Origin: Meiothermus sp. | GTDB lineage: Bacteria > Deinococcota > Deinococci > Deinococcales > Thermaceae | Length of the DNA stretch: 54,099 nucleotides | NCBI GenBank assembly: GCA_033762915.1 | Contig: JANRLD010000100.1 | Coordinates: forward strand, 1-54,099 | Direction: 5' to 3' | Part shown: piece by piece, positions 9,756 to 19,637 of the stretch | How positions within the stretch are numbered: position 1 is the stretch's first letter | Layout of the letters: every line of letters starts with the position of its first letter | Made by a program: the position numbers and the translations under genes | The notes under the pieces: model-generated | Told to the model about the DNA's origin: nothing | Seen by the model: only the letters and a program-made list of their open reading frames with translations | Databases searched by the model: none

Positions 9756-10526
9756 TCAATCGTCCGCGGCCGATCCCGCCACTTCACTGCGCTTCTTGCT
9801 GCCAAACAGGCGGCGGAAGAAGCCCAGGATGGGATCGTAGTACTCGTCCACCAGGCGCTCCTTGAGCGGGATGATGGCGTTGTCGGTGATGTGGATGTGC
9901 TCGGGGCAGACCTCGGTGCAGCATTTGGTAATGTTGCAAAAGCCGATGCCACCCTCGTTCTTGAGCATCTCGAGCCGGTTGGCGGTGTCAAGGGGGTGCA
10001 TCTCGAGGCTAGCCGTGCGCACCAGCAGGCGCGGCCCGATGAAGCCCACCTTCTCGTCGTGCTCGCGCAGCACGTGACAGACGTTCTGGCACAAGAAGCA
10101 CTCAATGCACTTCCTGAACTCCTGCACCCGGTCCACGTCCTCCTGCATCATGACCCAGTTGGTGTTGGCGGCGGGCGCGAAGGGCTTGATCTTCTTGTTG
10201 GCCTCGTAGTTCCACTTCACGTCCGTGGCCAGGTCCTTGATGAGGGGGAAGGTCTTCATCGGGCGGACCGTGACCGGCTTGGAGGTGTCGATGGAGTCGA
10301 GGCGGGTCATGCACATCAGGGTCGGCTTGCCGTTGACCTCGGCCCCGCAGGAGCCGCACTTACCGGCCTTGCAGTTCCAGCGGCAGGCCAAATCGGGCGA
10401 CTGCTCGGCCTGAATCTGGTGGATGGCGTCCAGCACCACCATCCCCTCGCCGACATTGACGGTGTAGTCCTTCAGGTCACCGCCGTTCTTGTCGCCCCGA
10501 TAGACTTTGAAGTTTACGCTGCTCAT
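9756..10526 (-). CDS. sdhB: Succinate dehydrogenase/fumarate reductase iron-sulfur subunit
   Basis: CKAGKCGSC..C, CIECFLCQNVC and CNITKCCTEVCP clusters; SD gagg before ATG 10526. Confidence 0.95.
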   Translation of the reverse strand: MSSVNFKVYRGDKNGGDLKDYTVNVGEGMVVLDAIHQIQAEQSPDLACRWNCKAGKCGSCGAEVNGKPTLMCMTRLDSIDTSKPVTVRPMKTFPLIKDLATDVKWNYEANKKIKPFAPAANTNWVMMQEDVDRVQEFRKCIECFLCQNVCHVLREHDEKVGFIGPRLLVRTASLEMHPLDTANRLEMLKNEGGIGFCNITKCCTEVCPEHIHITDNAIIPLKERLVDEYYDPILGFFRRLFGSKKRSEVAGSAADD

Positions 10527-10590
10527 TTGTCCTCTCTTATAGGCCACCCAGCCTAGACCTTCGACTTTCGGCCATCAACCTTCAGAATCG

Positions 10591-12420
10591 CTACGCCCCC
10601 ACCTTATCGCTCAGTTCCTTGATGTCCTTGGCCTCGGCCATCTTTCGGTAGTTGTCGGGCATCTCGGGGAGGGCCTCGGTCACCACACTCAGAGTGCCGT
10701 CCTTTCCACGCCGGATTATGTGGTTCAGCTTGGCGAAGGTGTTGTCGGGATCGGGATAGTCGAGTCTCGCGTGGCCGCCCCGGCTCTCCTTGCGGGCCAT
10801 CGCGGCCAGCACCACGGCCTCGGAAATCTCGATCATCAGGCCGATGTCGATGGCGGTGTGCCAGCCAGGGTTGTAGGTGCGGGAACCGCTCGCCGTGGTG
10901 TTGCGGGCACGCTGCTTAAGCTTGGCGAGCACGTCCAGCTGGATCTTCAGCTCGCCCTCTTCGCGCATGATGCCCGCATTCTTCTGCATGGTCTCGCGCA
11001 GTTCCTTCATCAGCGTGAAGGGGTTCTCGCCCTGGGGGTTGGAGAAGGGCGCGGTGGCCTCGGTGATGTAGCCGCGGATTTGTGCCTCGTCCACCTTGAA
11101 GCTGCCGCCCTTGGCGGCCGCGTACTCAGCCGCCGCAGCGCCCGCGCGGTTGCCAAACACCACCAAGTCGGACAGCGAGTTACCGCCCAAGCGGTTGGCG
11201 CCGTGCAGCCCACCCGCACACTCGCCCGCCGCGTACAGGCCGGGGACACTGGTGGCCTGGGTGTCGGGGTCTACGCGGATGCCGCCCATCATGTAGTGCT
11301 GGGTCGGCCCGACCTCCATCGGCTCCTTGGTGATGTCCAGGTTGGCCAGCTTCATGAACTGGTGGTACATCGAGGGGAGCTTCTTCTTGATGTAGTCGGC
11401 GGGGCGGCGGCTGGCGATATCGAGGAAGGCGCCGCCGTGGGGCGAGCCGCGGCCAGAGTTGACCTCGTTGCGGATCGCCCTGGCCACCACGTCGCGGGTG
11501 AGCAACTCGGGCGGCCTGCGGGCCTCGCGGTCACCATTAAGCCACTTCTCGGCCTCCTCCTCGCTCTCGGCGAACTCGCCCTTGTAGCGGTCGGGCACGT
11601 TGTCGAACATGAAGCGCTTGCCCTCGGAGTTCTTCAGCACCCCGCCCTCGCCACGCACGCCCTCCGTCACCAGCACACCCATCACCCCCGGGGGCCAGAT
11701 CATGCCGGTGGGGTGGAACTGGATGAACTCCATGTCGATCAGGTCGGCCCCCACCGAGGAGGCCAGCGAGAAGCCGTCGCCGGTGCACTCCCAGGAGTTG
11801 GAGGTGATCTGGTAGATTCGGCCCAGCCCGCCGGTGGCCATGATCACGGCCTTGGCCCGGAAGACCAAGAACTCGCCGCTCTGGCGCTCGAACCCCATCG
11901 CGCCCACCACTGCGCCGCCGTCGGTGAGGAGGCGGTAGATGGTGGTCTCCATGTGGGCGTTAATACCCACCTTGACCGCGTGGTCCTGAAGGGTGCGGAT
12001 CAGCTCGAGGCCGGTGCGGTCGCCCACGTGGGCAAGCCGCGGGTAGGAGTGGCCGCCGAAGTTGCGCTGGTTGATCTTGCCGTCGGGGGTGCGGTCGAAG
12101 ACGGCTCCCCACTGCTCGAGCTCGCGCACGCGGTCGGGGGCCTCCTTGGTGTAGTTCTCGACCATCCGCCAGTTATTGAGCATCCCGCCGCCCTTGAGGG
12201 TGTCACGGAAGTGGACCCGCCAGTTATCCTCCGAGCGCACGTTGCCCATCGCGGCGGCCATCCCGCCCTCGGCCATCACGGTGTGGGCCTTGCCCAACAG
12301 GCTCTTGGTGACGACGCCGACCTTAGCGCCCTTCTCGATGGCGGCGATGGCGGCCCGCAGGCCCGCGCCACCCGCCCCGATCACCAGAACGTCGTAATCA
12401 AACGTCTTATAGGATTCCAC
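10591..12420 (-). CDS. sdhA: Succinate dehydrogenase/fumarate reductase flavoprotein subunit
   Basis: GAGGAG FAD motif, AHTVMAEGG (covalent FAD His), QFHPTG, HGANRLGGNSL, ESRGGH. Confidence 0.96.
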   Translation of the reverse strand: MESYKTFDYDVLVIGAGGAGLRAAIAAIEKGAKVGVVTKSLLGKAHTVMAEGGMAAAMGNVRSEDNWRVHFRDTLKGGGMLNNWRMVENYTKEAPDRVRELEQWGAVFDRTPDGKINQRNFGGHSYPRLAHVGDRTGLELIRTLQDHAVKVGINAHMETTIYRLLTDGGAVVGAMGFERQSGEFLVFRAKAVIMATGGLGRIYQITSNSWECTGDGFSLASSVGADLIDMEFIQFHPTGMIWPPGVMGVLVTEGVRGEGGVLKNSEGKRFMFDNVPDRYKGEFAESEEEAEKWLNGDREARRPPELLTRDVVARAIRNEVNSGRGSPHGGAFLDIASRRPADYIKKKLPSMYHQFMKLANLDITKEPMEVGPTQHYMMGGIRVDPDTQATSVPGLYAAGECAGGLHGANRLGGNSLSDLVVFGNRAGAAAAEYAAAKGGSFKVDEAQIRGYITEATAPFSNPQGENPFTLMKELRETMQKNAGIMREEGELKIQLDVLAKLKQRARNTTASGSRTYNPGWHTAIDIGLMIEISEAVVLAAMARKESRGGHARLDYPDPDNTFAKLNHIIRRGKDGTLSVVTEALPEMPDNYRKMAEAKDIKELSDKVGA

Positions 12421-12498
12421 TATTTCTCCTTCGGAGGGCTAGCTCGAAAGCTTGCGGCGCGTGGCAAAACCATCTTTACCCACAGGCCACAGGCCGCG

Positions 12499-13278
12499 CT
12501 AAAAGAAGCGGATGTCGGTGATCACACCCATCGAGCACAGGCGGATGTAGAGGTCTACGCCCCACACACCGAACATGCTCACCACGGCCCAGAAGCCGTG
12601 CTGTTCGTTGATGTGGGTGATGCGCTGCCACAGGCCGTAGCGGGTCTTGTGCTTGGACATGCAGTTCAGGCAGCCACCCGCGATGTGCCGCCAGGCGTGG
12701 CAGGAGAAGGTGTAGTAGGAGATGAGCAGCACGCCCGCCAGCATCACCAGCGCCCCCACGCTCACCCCAAACTGATACCCGCCCGCGCCGTTGGAGAAGA
12801 AGAAGGCCCGGAAGGCGTCGTACCAAAGGAAGGCCACCACCGGCAGCGAGAGGTACCAGAAGTAGCGGTGCAGATTGTTGAGGATGAAGGGGAAGGCCCG
12901 CTCGCCGGTGTAGCCGGTCTTCTTCAGCTCGGGCACGGCGCAGGCGGGCGGGTCCCAGAAGAAGGCCCGGTAGTAGGCCTTACGGTAGTAGTAGCAGGTG
13001 GCGCGGAAGCCTAGCGGTATCCACAGGAAGAGGAACGCAGGCGAGAAGGGCAGCCAGGAGAGGTTTTCGTAGTGGACCCCGGGAATCGGGACGGAGTAGA
13101 AGGGCGAAAGGTAATGGGCCCCGCCCCCCTCGTAAAGGAAGTGGGTCTCGCTGATCGCCACGTACATGGTGTAGATGCCGAACGCGCCCAGCGAGATCAC
13201 CGTCCACAGCGGTTCGATCCACCAGTTGTCCTGACGATCGGTCAGCTTTTGGTTTGTACCAACGGGTTTCGTACTCAT
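12499..13278 (-). CDS. Sdh1-type membrane anchor subunit (mycobacterial Rv0249c-like)
   Basis: Five hydrophobic segments with YLSPFYS, FRATCYYYRKAYYRAF, NLHRYF and YTFSCH..RH motifs; first gene of the sdh operon. Confidence 0.8.
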   Translation of the reverse strand: MSTKPVGTNQKLTDRQDNWWIEPLWTVISLGAFGIYTMYVAISETHFLYEGGGAHYLSPFYSVPIPGVHYENLSWLPFSPAFLFLWIPLGFRATCYYYRKAYYRAFFWDPPACAVPELKKTGYTGERAFPFILNNLHRYFWYLSLPVVAFLWYDAFRAFFFSNGAGGYQFGVSVGALVMLAGVLLISYYTFSCHAWRHIAGGCLNCMSKHKTRYGLWQRITHINEQHGFWAVVSMFGVWGVDLYIRLCSMGVITDIRFF

Positions 13279-13311
13279 CGCGGTTAAACTATACTCCTAA
13301 AAACTAAAACT

Positions 13312-13333
13312 GTGTAACTTTGTGTCATTACAC
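13312..13333. promoter_or_regulatory. Inverted repeat upstream of the sdh operon (possible regulator site)
   Basis: GTGTAA-N10-TTACAC just upstream of -10 TATAGT on the minus strand. Confidence 0.35.
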
Positions 13334-13744
13334 TGCTTGGCGGATTTTCGCAGCCTGGAGCGCATTCTTGCAGGAGGACAATCTTATTTTATGGAACAAT
13401 TTCAAGGATTTTGCCGGCCCGCGACCACAGAAGTGCGCCTGTATAGTGTTACGTACTGGGCATAATCTGAACCCGAGTCACACGGCAGTTGAAAGGCTCG
13501 AGCCCAGGCTACGGGGCATTCTCGGCACCCGGCATCATGGCCGTGGGTCCCTAGGTCTAGGCTGATGTAGCCGCTCTCCAGGCTGGGCATCTACATAGGT
13601 GAAAGGGTGACGCGGAAAACGCATCAAAGGGCTTGCGCCAGACACGTGTCGGTCGCGTTCGCCGGCTTTGCAAAGACACCAGGGCGTAAACAAGGACGAG
13701 CCCTATTGAGGTTTTGGCTTCGGCGGCCTCGACTCCTGCCGCTG

Positions 13745-15358
13745 TTATGTCACCAGCCGGTTCTTCCCCGAGCGCTTGGCCCGGTACAGCTTACGGTCGG
13801 CGGCGTCAAGCAGTTTCTCGTGGCTGGGCAGGGTGGTGTCGGCAGCCAGGCCCAGGCTGACGGTCACGCGCAGGCCGGGGTGGACGACCTCCCAGGGGTA
13901 CTGCTGCACCGCCGCGCGCACCCGGTCGCAGACCAGCATAGCCTGCTCGAAGCTGGCCCTGGGCAGCACCAGCACAAACTCTTCGCCGCCGTAGCGGGCC
14001 AGAATATCGCCGGTCCGGGCGCTGGCCTTGACGATCTGGGTCAGGGTCTGCAGGACCCGATCGCCGGTCTGGTGGGAGAAGCCGTCGTTGATCCGCTTGA
14101 AGTCGTCGACATCCAGGATCGCCACCGGCAGCAGGCGCTCGGCGGCTCTGGCCTTGGCAAACTCCTGGGCCAGCACCGTCTCGAGGTAGCGCCGGTTGTA
14201 TGCGCCGGTCAGGGGGTCTTGGGTGACCTGCCGCTCGAGCTCTTGCAACAAGACGCCTTTCTCGCGGTCGGCCCGCTCGAGGGCCTCCAGCGCTTCGGCC
14301 AGCCTGACATTCTTAAGGTGGGTTAGCTCGGCCTCAGACCGGGCTTTTTCCAGCTCGCGCTGTACGCTCAGGATGCTCAGGCGCTGAAGGGCCTGCTGGT
14401 CGCGCAGGCTGCGCTCAAGGGCGTAGAAGCACTCGTGGTGGTAGAGGGCTTTTTCGAACTGGCCCAGCAGCTTGTGGGCCTCGCACAGGCGGCGGTGCAG
14501 TTGGACCTGCACCTCGCCCAGCTCGAGCCGTCCGGCCTCGCTCAGGGCTTTCCCGAGCACCTCGAGGGCCTTGCCCGGCTGGTGCAGGTGCAGGTGAATC
14601 ACCCCCAGGCTCAGCCAGCCCTGGGCCAGCACCTGCCGCGCCCCCAGCCGCTCGGCCTGCTCGAGGGCCTGCTGCAAGACCACCAAGGCCTCGAGGTGCT
14701 CGCCGCCGGCTCCCAGCGCCTCGCCCAGGCTGTGCAGCGCCAGCGGCTGGAGCTGGGCCAGGCGGTGGACTCGAGCCAGCTCGAGCCCACCGCGGGCGGC
14801 CTCGAGGGCCTGGGCGTGCTGACCCAGGCGGCTGTAGTTGGCGGCAAGGTTGACCAATATGTGGGCCTCGCGGGCCATGTTGCCGATGCTCCGGCTGATC
14901 CCAAGGGCCTCCTGGCGCAACTTAACCGCCTGGGCGTCCTGGCCCAGCCGCTGGTGGAGGTAGCCCATGTTGTCCAGGCAGGCCGCGACGCCCCGCTGGT
15001 CGCCGAGGGCCTGGTTGATTCGCAGGGCCTGCTCGATGTAGCCCAGCGCCGCCCCGACCTCGCCCTGCTGGGCCAGCACCGCGCTAAGGAAGTTCAGGCA
15101 GTCGCGCTCGAGCGGCGCGTCGTCGTGCTTTCGGGCCAGCTCGAGGCCCCTCCGCAGCCAATGCGCAGCCTCGGCGTACTGGGCGGTCTGGTAGTGATAG
15201 AAGCCGATGTTGCGCCAGGCATAACCCTGGCCGAGGGGGTAGTCCTGCCGGGTGGCCTGCTCGAGGGCACGGCGGCTGAGGTCCAACGAGAGGGCCTGGT
15301 CGTTCAGCCGGGCCTCCCAGGCCTGGGAGTTGAGGCGATCAATGCTCGAGTGAATCAC
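13745..15358 (-). CDS. TPR-repeat diguanylate cyclase
   Basis: N-terminal TPR-like helical repeats, DPLTG..NRR, DVDDFKRIND, I-site RTGD and GGEEF. Confidence 0.93.
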   Translation of the reverse strand: MIHSSIDRLNSQAWEARLNDQALSLDLSRRALEQATRQDYPLGQGYAWRNIGFYHYQTAQYAEAAHWLRRGLELARKHDDAPLERDCLNFLSAVLAQQGEVGAALGYIEQALRINQALGDQRGVAACLDNMGYLHQRLGQDAQAVKLRQEALGISRSIGNMAREAHILVNLAANYSRLGQHAQALEAARGGLELARVHRLAQLQPLALHSLGEALGAGGEHLEALVVLQQALEQAERLGARQVLAQGWLSLGVIHLHLHQPGKALEVLGKALSEAGRLELGEVQVQLHRRLCEAHKLLGQFEKALYHHECFYALERSLRDQQALQRLSILSVQRELEKARSEAELTHLKNVRLAEALEALERADREKGVLLQELERQVTQDPLTGAYNRRYLETVLAQEFAKARAAERLLPVAILDVDDFKRINDGFSHQTGDRVLQTLTQIVKASARTGDILARYGGEEFVLVLPRASFEQAMLVCDRVRAAVQQYPWEVVHPGLRVTVSLGLAADTTLPSHEKLLDAADRKLYRAKRSGKNRLVT

Positions 15359-15418
15359 GGTGGGCTATTCATACACCAAAAAACTCCGCCCCCGTGTGCA
15401 AATAACCCGCTGCATTCC

Positions 15419-15447
15419 TTGACACCCCCCCTCCCCTGCCCCATAAT
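15419..15447 (+). promoter_or_regulatory. Sigma70-type promoter of speD
   Basis: TTGACA-17 bp-CATAAT. Confidence 0.8.
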
Positions 15448-15453
15448 GCACAG

Positions 15454-15605
15454 GTGTTGAAATACCCGACTGGTAGGTGTTTCGACAGCGCACGTTGGTT
15501 GAAACGGCCTGCTGGCCGGGCCGTTTCAGAGGTGAAAAACGCTGCGGACAGGGCGGACGCCACCAGGCCGATGTTCGGAAGCCGCAAGCACCCCAGGAGA
15601 ACGAG
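15454..15605 (+). promoter_or_regulatory. Long structured 5' leader of speD
   Basis: Two 11-12 bp hairpins at 15455-15487 and 15500-15528 between the promoter and the TTG start. Confidence 0.5.
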
Positions 15606-16046
15606 TTGGAACTTTTTGGTTTTGGCCCCCACCTGATGATTGATGGCTACGCCGCCAACGCCGACAAATTGGCCGACTTCGAGCTAATCCGCCGCGTACT
15701 GGACGAGTTGCCGGGCGAGATGGAGATGACCAAGGTGTTGCCCCCCATCGTGCAGCGCTACAGCGAGGCCCCGGGCCAGGCCGAGGGCGTGACTGGGGTG
15801 GTGCTGATCGCCGAGAGCCACATCGCCATTCACACCTTCCCCCACCAGCGCTTCATCAGCGTGGACATCTTCTCCTGCAAGGAGTTCGACCTGGGCAAGG
15901 CGCTCAAGGCGGTGGTGGAGCGCTTCGAGATCGGGCGCTACGAGACCTATTTGATTAACCGGGGTAAGGAATACCCCAGAGACGTCGAGATGGCCCGCCA
16001 GATCATCTCGGGCGAGCGCGAGTACGTGGAGGCTCGAGCAGTCTGA
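15606..16046 (+). CDS. speD: S-adenosylmethionine decarboxylase proenzyme (pyruvoyl-dependent; substrate not verified)
   Basis: GVTGVVLIAESHIAIHTFP autocleavage motif, DIFSC; TTG start after SD aggag (MELFGFGPHL). Confidence 0.9.
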   Translation: MELFGFGPHLMIDGYAANADKLADFELIRRVLDELPGEMEMTKVLPPIVQRYSEAPGQAEGVTGVVLIAESHIAIHTFPHQRFISVDIFSCKEFDLGKALKAVVERFEIGRYETYLINRGKEYPRDVEMARQIISGEREYVEARAV

Positions 16047-16088
16047 GGGGAAGCCGTCGAACGTCGTGGGTTTTACGCCCAAACAGCC

Positions 16089-16118
16089 AAAAGCGCGGCC
16101 TCGAGGCCGCGCTTTTTT
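16089..16118. terminator. Bidirectional intrinsic terminator after speD
   Basis: aaaagcgcggcc-tcga-ggccgcgctttttt. Confidence 0.85.
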
Positions 16119-16330
16119 GTTGGGGTTCGGGCTCGAGACCATCCCCTCGCAGTTCTCCCCTACCCCAGCTGGCCTCGATCGGCTCGGCCGAGGTCCAAAC
16201 TGCTGACCCGTCTTGTGTGGGCGACCGACCACGAACCGCTCTGGGTTCTTGCCGGGTTAGGCCCGCAATCCACCGCAAGCCGGCAGCCGATGGCGAATGA
16301 CTCAGCCGCCACCAACCGTCGACCCGGCCC

Positions 16331-17446
16331 TCACCGCTTCATCGCCGGGTTTTGCTGGCCCTGACCGGGGGCGTTGACAGCCTGACCGGCCAGACGGCCG
16401 AACTCCTTGGGGTCTACGGCCCTGGACATCCCCATCTCGTATGTGACCAGCTTGCGCCGGTAGAGGTCGGCCAGATAGGCATCCATCGTGATCATGCCGT
16501 GCTGTGCGCCGGTCTGAATCACCGAGACCAACTGGTGGCTCTTACCCTCGCGAATCAGGGCCCGCACCGCCGGGGTCGCAATCATCAGCTCGTAGGCCAG
16601 CACCCGGCCCCCGCCGAAGCTCTTGGGCATCAGTTGCTGGGTCATGACGGCCACCAGATTGTTGGCGAGCTGCACGCGCACCTGTTCCTGCTGGGCCTCG
16701 GGGAACACGTCGATGATGCGGTCAATGGTCTCGGGCGCGGAATTGGTGTGCAGCGTCCCGCAGACCAGGTGGCCGGTCTCGGCGGCAGTTATGGCCGCCG
16801 CGATGGTTTCGTAGTCTCGCATCTCGCCCACCAGGATGATGTCGGGGGCCTGGCGCAGCACCGCGCGGAGGGCCTTCTGGAAGCTGTGGGTGTCCTGCCC
16901 GATCTCGCGCTGGTTGACGATGCAGCTCTTGTGCTTGTGAAAGAACTCGATGGGGTCCTCGATGGTCATGATGTGACCGCGCTTGCGCTCGTTCACGTAG
17001 TCCAGCATCGAGGCCAGGGTGGTGGACTTGCCGGAGCCGGTGGGGCCGGTCACCAGCACCAGGCCGCGGGGGTTCAGGGCAATCTCGGCGATGTTCTTGG
17101 GCAGGCCCAGTTCCTCGAAGCTCTTGACCTGGCTGGGCACCACCCGCAACACCCCGCCCACACTGCCGCGCTGCTGGAAAATGTTGACGCGGAAGCGGCC
17201 CTTGCCGGGCAGGCTGAAGGAGAAGTCCAGCTCCTTCTCCTCCTCGAAGACCCGCTGCTGCTTCTCGTCCATCAACGCGTAGGTCAGGCGGCGGGTCTCC
17301 TGGGGGGTAAGGGGCTCGTACTCGGTGGGGTTGAACTCGCCGTCCACCTTGATCATGGGGGGCAGGCCCACCGTCATGACCAAGTCCGAGGCCCCACGGT
17401 CTACCGAGATGTTCAGCAGATCCACAATGTCGGGTGCTTTGCTCAT
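16331..17446 (-). CDS. pilT: Type IV pilus retraction ATPase PilT
   Basis: GASDL, GPTGSGKSTTLA, TIEDPIE, QREIG, AAETGHLV..TLHT, AVRALIRE motifs. Confidence 0.96.
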   Translation of the reverse strand: MSKAPDIVDLLNISVDRGASDLVMTVGLPPMIKVDGEFNPTEYEPLTPQETRRLTYALMDEKQQRVFEEEKELDFSFSLPGKGRFRVNIFQQRGSVGGVLRVVPSQVKSFEELGLPKNIAEIALNPRGLVLVTGPTGSGKSTTLASMLDYVNERKRGHIMTIEDPIEFFHKHKSCIVNQREIGQDTHSFQKALRAVLRQAPDIILVGEMRDYETIAAAITAAETGHLVCGTLHTNSAPETIDRIIDVFPEAQQEQVRVQLANNLVAVMTQQLMPKSFGGGRVLAYELMIATPAVRALIREGKSHQLVSVIQTGAQHGMITMDAYLADLYRRKLVTYEMGMSRAVDPKEFGRLAGQAVNAPGQGQQNPAMKR

Positions 17447-17613
17447 AGTCTAGTTACTAGGATACGCCAGTTACGCCGAGTTAACGGTTTATAAACAGGT
17501 CGGGTCCACCCTCCGCTTAACGCCAAGGGCCAAGAGCTGACGCAGTACTCGAGCCGGCCCCGGCCATGCCAACCTGGCAAACGCGGCCCGGGACGGGCTT
17601 TGGCCCCTACGCC

Positions 17614-17710
17614 CTAGAGCAGTTCCCACACATTCTCCCTACAGCGGTTTTTGCTGTAGGGAGTACCTTTCCTGCCGCCGCGAGAGAGGTAAGGGTGGGC
17701 AACGCGATAG
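17614..17710 (+). repeat. Element A, copy 2
   Basis: ctagagcagttcccac...ctccctacagcggtttttgctgtagggag...gtgggcaacgcgatag. Confidence 0.85.
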
Positions 17711-17761
17711 GTCGCTCTATGACTGAACTGTGACATGCTGCCCACCAACTCCCACAGGGTA

Positions 17762-17868
17762 TTGCGCCTCGGGTAGCCGCTCTGCGGCTATGGCGCACGC
17801 CACTCCGCCTTGGCATGTTGGCATGTGTCTACCGCATCCGCCGATTCCCCACTTGCACCCTGGCGCAA
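17762..17868 (+). repeat. REP-like element B/C, copy 1
   Basis: ttgcgcc-tcgggtagccgctctgcggctatggcgcacgccactcc...atccgccgattcc...ggcgcaa; homologs at 37243 and 40583. Confidence 0.8.
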
Positions 17869-18011
17869 CCTTAAGGCCAAGTATGAAGCTGGGGAACATT
17901 GCCCGTCGTCAAGAGCTTTAGCCAAAAGGGGCGCAACGTGAAGACCGCCCACGCGGAGCGGTCTTGGGTCTACGTTTGGCTTTCGGCCCTTAACCTTCGG
18001 CCTCCTACCTG

Positions 18012-19637
18012 CTACCTCGAGACCTTCACGTCCTCGTCCTCCTCGACGGTTAAGTCCTTGGCGGCTCGGGGCTCTTCGGGGGTGCGCTCGAGGGAGGAGT
18101 TAGGGCCGGACACCGCCACGGCGCGGCCGACCTTCTCGTAGCCGTAGCCGAAGCCGTAGCCCCGACCCGACATCAGCACGCCCTCGTCGGCCCGCACGCG
18201 GTTTACCGAGAGGCCCAGCAGCTTGGCCCCGATGCGGCGCAGACTGTCCACCGCGACCATCAGGTGGCGGCGGTTGGTCTTGCCCACGCTCGAGACCATC
18301 ACCACCCCCGAGACCTGCGGGGCGATCACCAGGGTGTCGTCCACTGCCAGCACCGGGGCGGTGTCGATAATGATGTGGCTCCACTCGCCCGAGTCACGCA
18401 GCCGGTTGAGGAAGTAGCGGAACTGATCGGCCAGCAGTCCCACCGGCTCGTCGATGTCCTTGAGGCAGGGCAGCAGGTAGAGCGGGCGGTCGCGGTCTAT
18501 CTTGTGGGCTGAGACGTTGAGGTAGGGGTCGTTGAGAACCGAGGTGATGTCGGGGCCCTCGCTGATCTCGAAGAGGCTGTGCAGCACCGGGCGGCGCAGG
18601 TCGAGGTCGATGAGCAGCGTAGGCTTGCCGGTGCGCGCGTAGGCCCGCGCCAGCGCCACCGCCACGCTGCTCTTGCCCTCCTCGGGGTCGGGGCTGGTGA
18701 CCGCGATGATCTTGACCTCTTCGTCGGCGAGGTCGTGGTTGACGTTGGTGCGGAGGTAGCTGGCGGCCTGGTTGGGCAAGGCGGTGCGGTCGGCCCCGGC
18801 GGGCAGCTCGGGGAATTCACCCAGGATGGTCAGGCCGGTGGCCTTGGCGGCGTCCTCGCTGCCCCGTACCGAGCTGGTCAAGACTTCGCGGCCCAGCAGC
18901 CACAGCACCACGGCCACGAAGGCCAGCAGGCCCGCGATCAGCGCGTTGAGGACCGGGCGGGGCGAGACCGAGCGGGTGGGTACTTCGGCCTCGTCAAGCA
19001 CCGATAGCTGGCCCGAGGCTCCCAGCTCGAGCGCCCGGATCGAGTCGCGGTCGCCGATTAGGCTGCCCTCTCGGCTGCGCAGCGCGGCCAGGCGGTCGGC
19101 GGAGAGGTTCCCCGAGGCGATCTGGGTGCGAACGTTGGCCAGCTCGGCCTCAATCACCGAGCGGGTACGGCTGTAGCTCTGCCGCACCCGATTGTCGTCC
19201 CACTCGCGCAGGGCGGCGGCCCAGGCGTTGGCCTCATCGGCAGCCTGCTTGGGGTCGGGGCGGCGCACGTTGAGCAGGATGGTCCCGGACTGACGCCCGT
19301 CGTTGGTGCGCACCCGGATTATGCGGCGGAGTTGCTCCAGGTTCACATCGGCCCCAAAGGCGTTGCGAAGCACCCGGCTACCCAGGGCGGCCTCGCGGTA
19401 GGCCTCGGAGTCGATGGGGCTGGTCTGCCCCAGGTTGCCGGTGTTGCCCTGGAAAGCGGTCGGCTGGGCCGCCAGCAGCCGGGCCGTGGCCTGGTACTGC
19501 TTGGTGGGCAGTTGCGATAGCAGAAATGCCGCCACTACAGCCAGAATCGGAATCCCCAGCACCCACAGCCAATTGCGGCGTAACTGCCGCACAAACTCGG
19601 CGAAATCGACCTTGATAAGACCGGGCAACTCTCTCAT
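18012..19637 (-). CDS. wzc: Wzc-like polysaccharide co-polymerase/tyrosine autokinase
   Basis: Two TM segments flanking a periplasmic domain, SPDPEEGKSS Walker A, LLIDLDLRRP, IIDTAPVL, C-terminal GYGFGYGY; alternative GTG start at 19643. Confidence 0.88.
   Translation of the reverse strand: MRELPGLIKVDFAEFVRQLRRNWLWVLGIPILAVVAAFLLSQLPTKQYQATARLLAAQPTAFQGNTGNLGQTSPIDSEAYREAALGSRVLRNAFGADVNLEQLRRIIRVRTNDGRQSGTILLNVRRPDPKQAADEANAWAAALREWDDNRVRQSYSRTRSVIEAELANVRTQIASGNLSADRLAALRSREGSLIGDRDSIRALELGASGQLSVLDEAEVPTRSVSPRPVLNALIAGLLAFVAVVLWLLGREVLTSSVRGSEDAAKATGLTILGEFPELPAGADRTALPNQAASYLRTNVNHDLADEEVKIIAVTSPDPEEGKSSVAVALARAYARTGKPTLLIDLDLRRPVLHSLFEISEGPDITSVLNDPYLNVSAHKIDRDRPLYLLPCLKDIDEPVGLLADQFRYFLNRLRDSGEWSHIIIDTAPVLAVDDTLVIAPQVSGVVMVSSVGKTNRRHLMVAVDSLRRIGAKLLGLSVNRVRADEGVLMSGRGYGFGYGYEKVGRAVAVSGPNSSLERTPEEPRAAKDLTVEEDEDVKVSR

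Noticed and set aside
10720..13014. 764-aa plus-strand ORF
   Set aside because: Antisense shadow of sdhA and the anchor gene; no motifs
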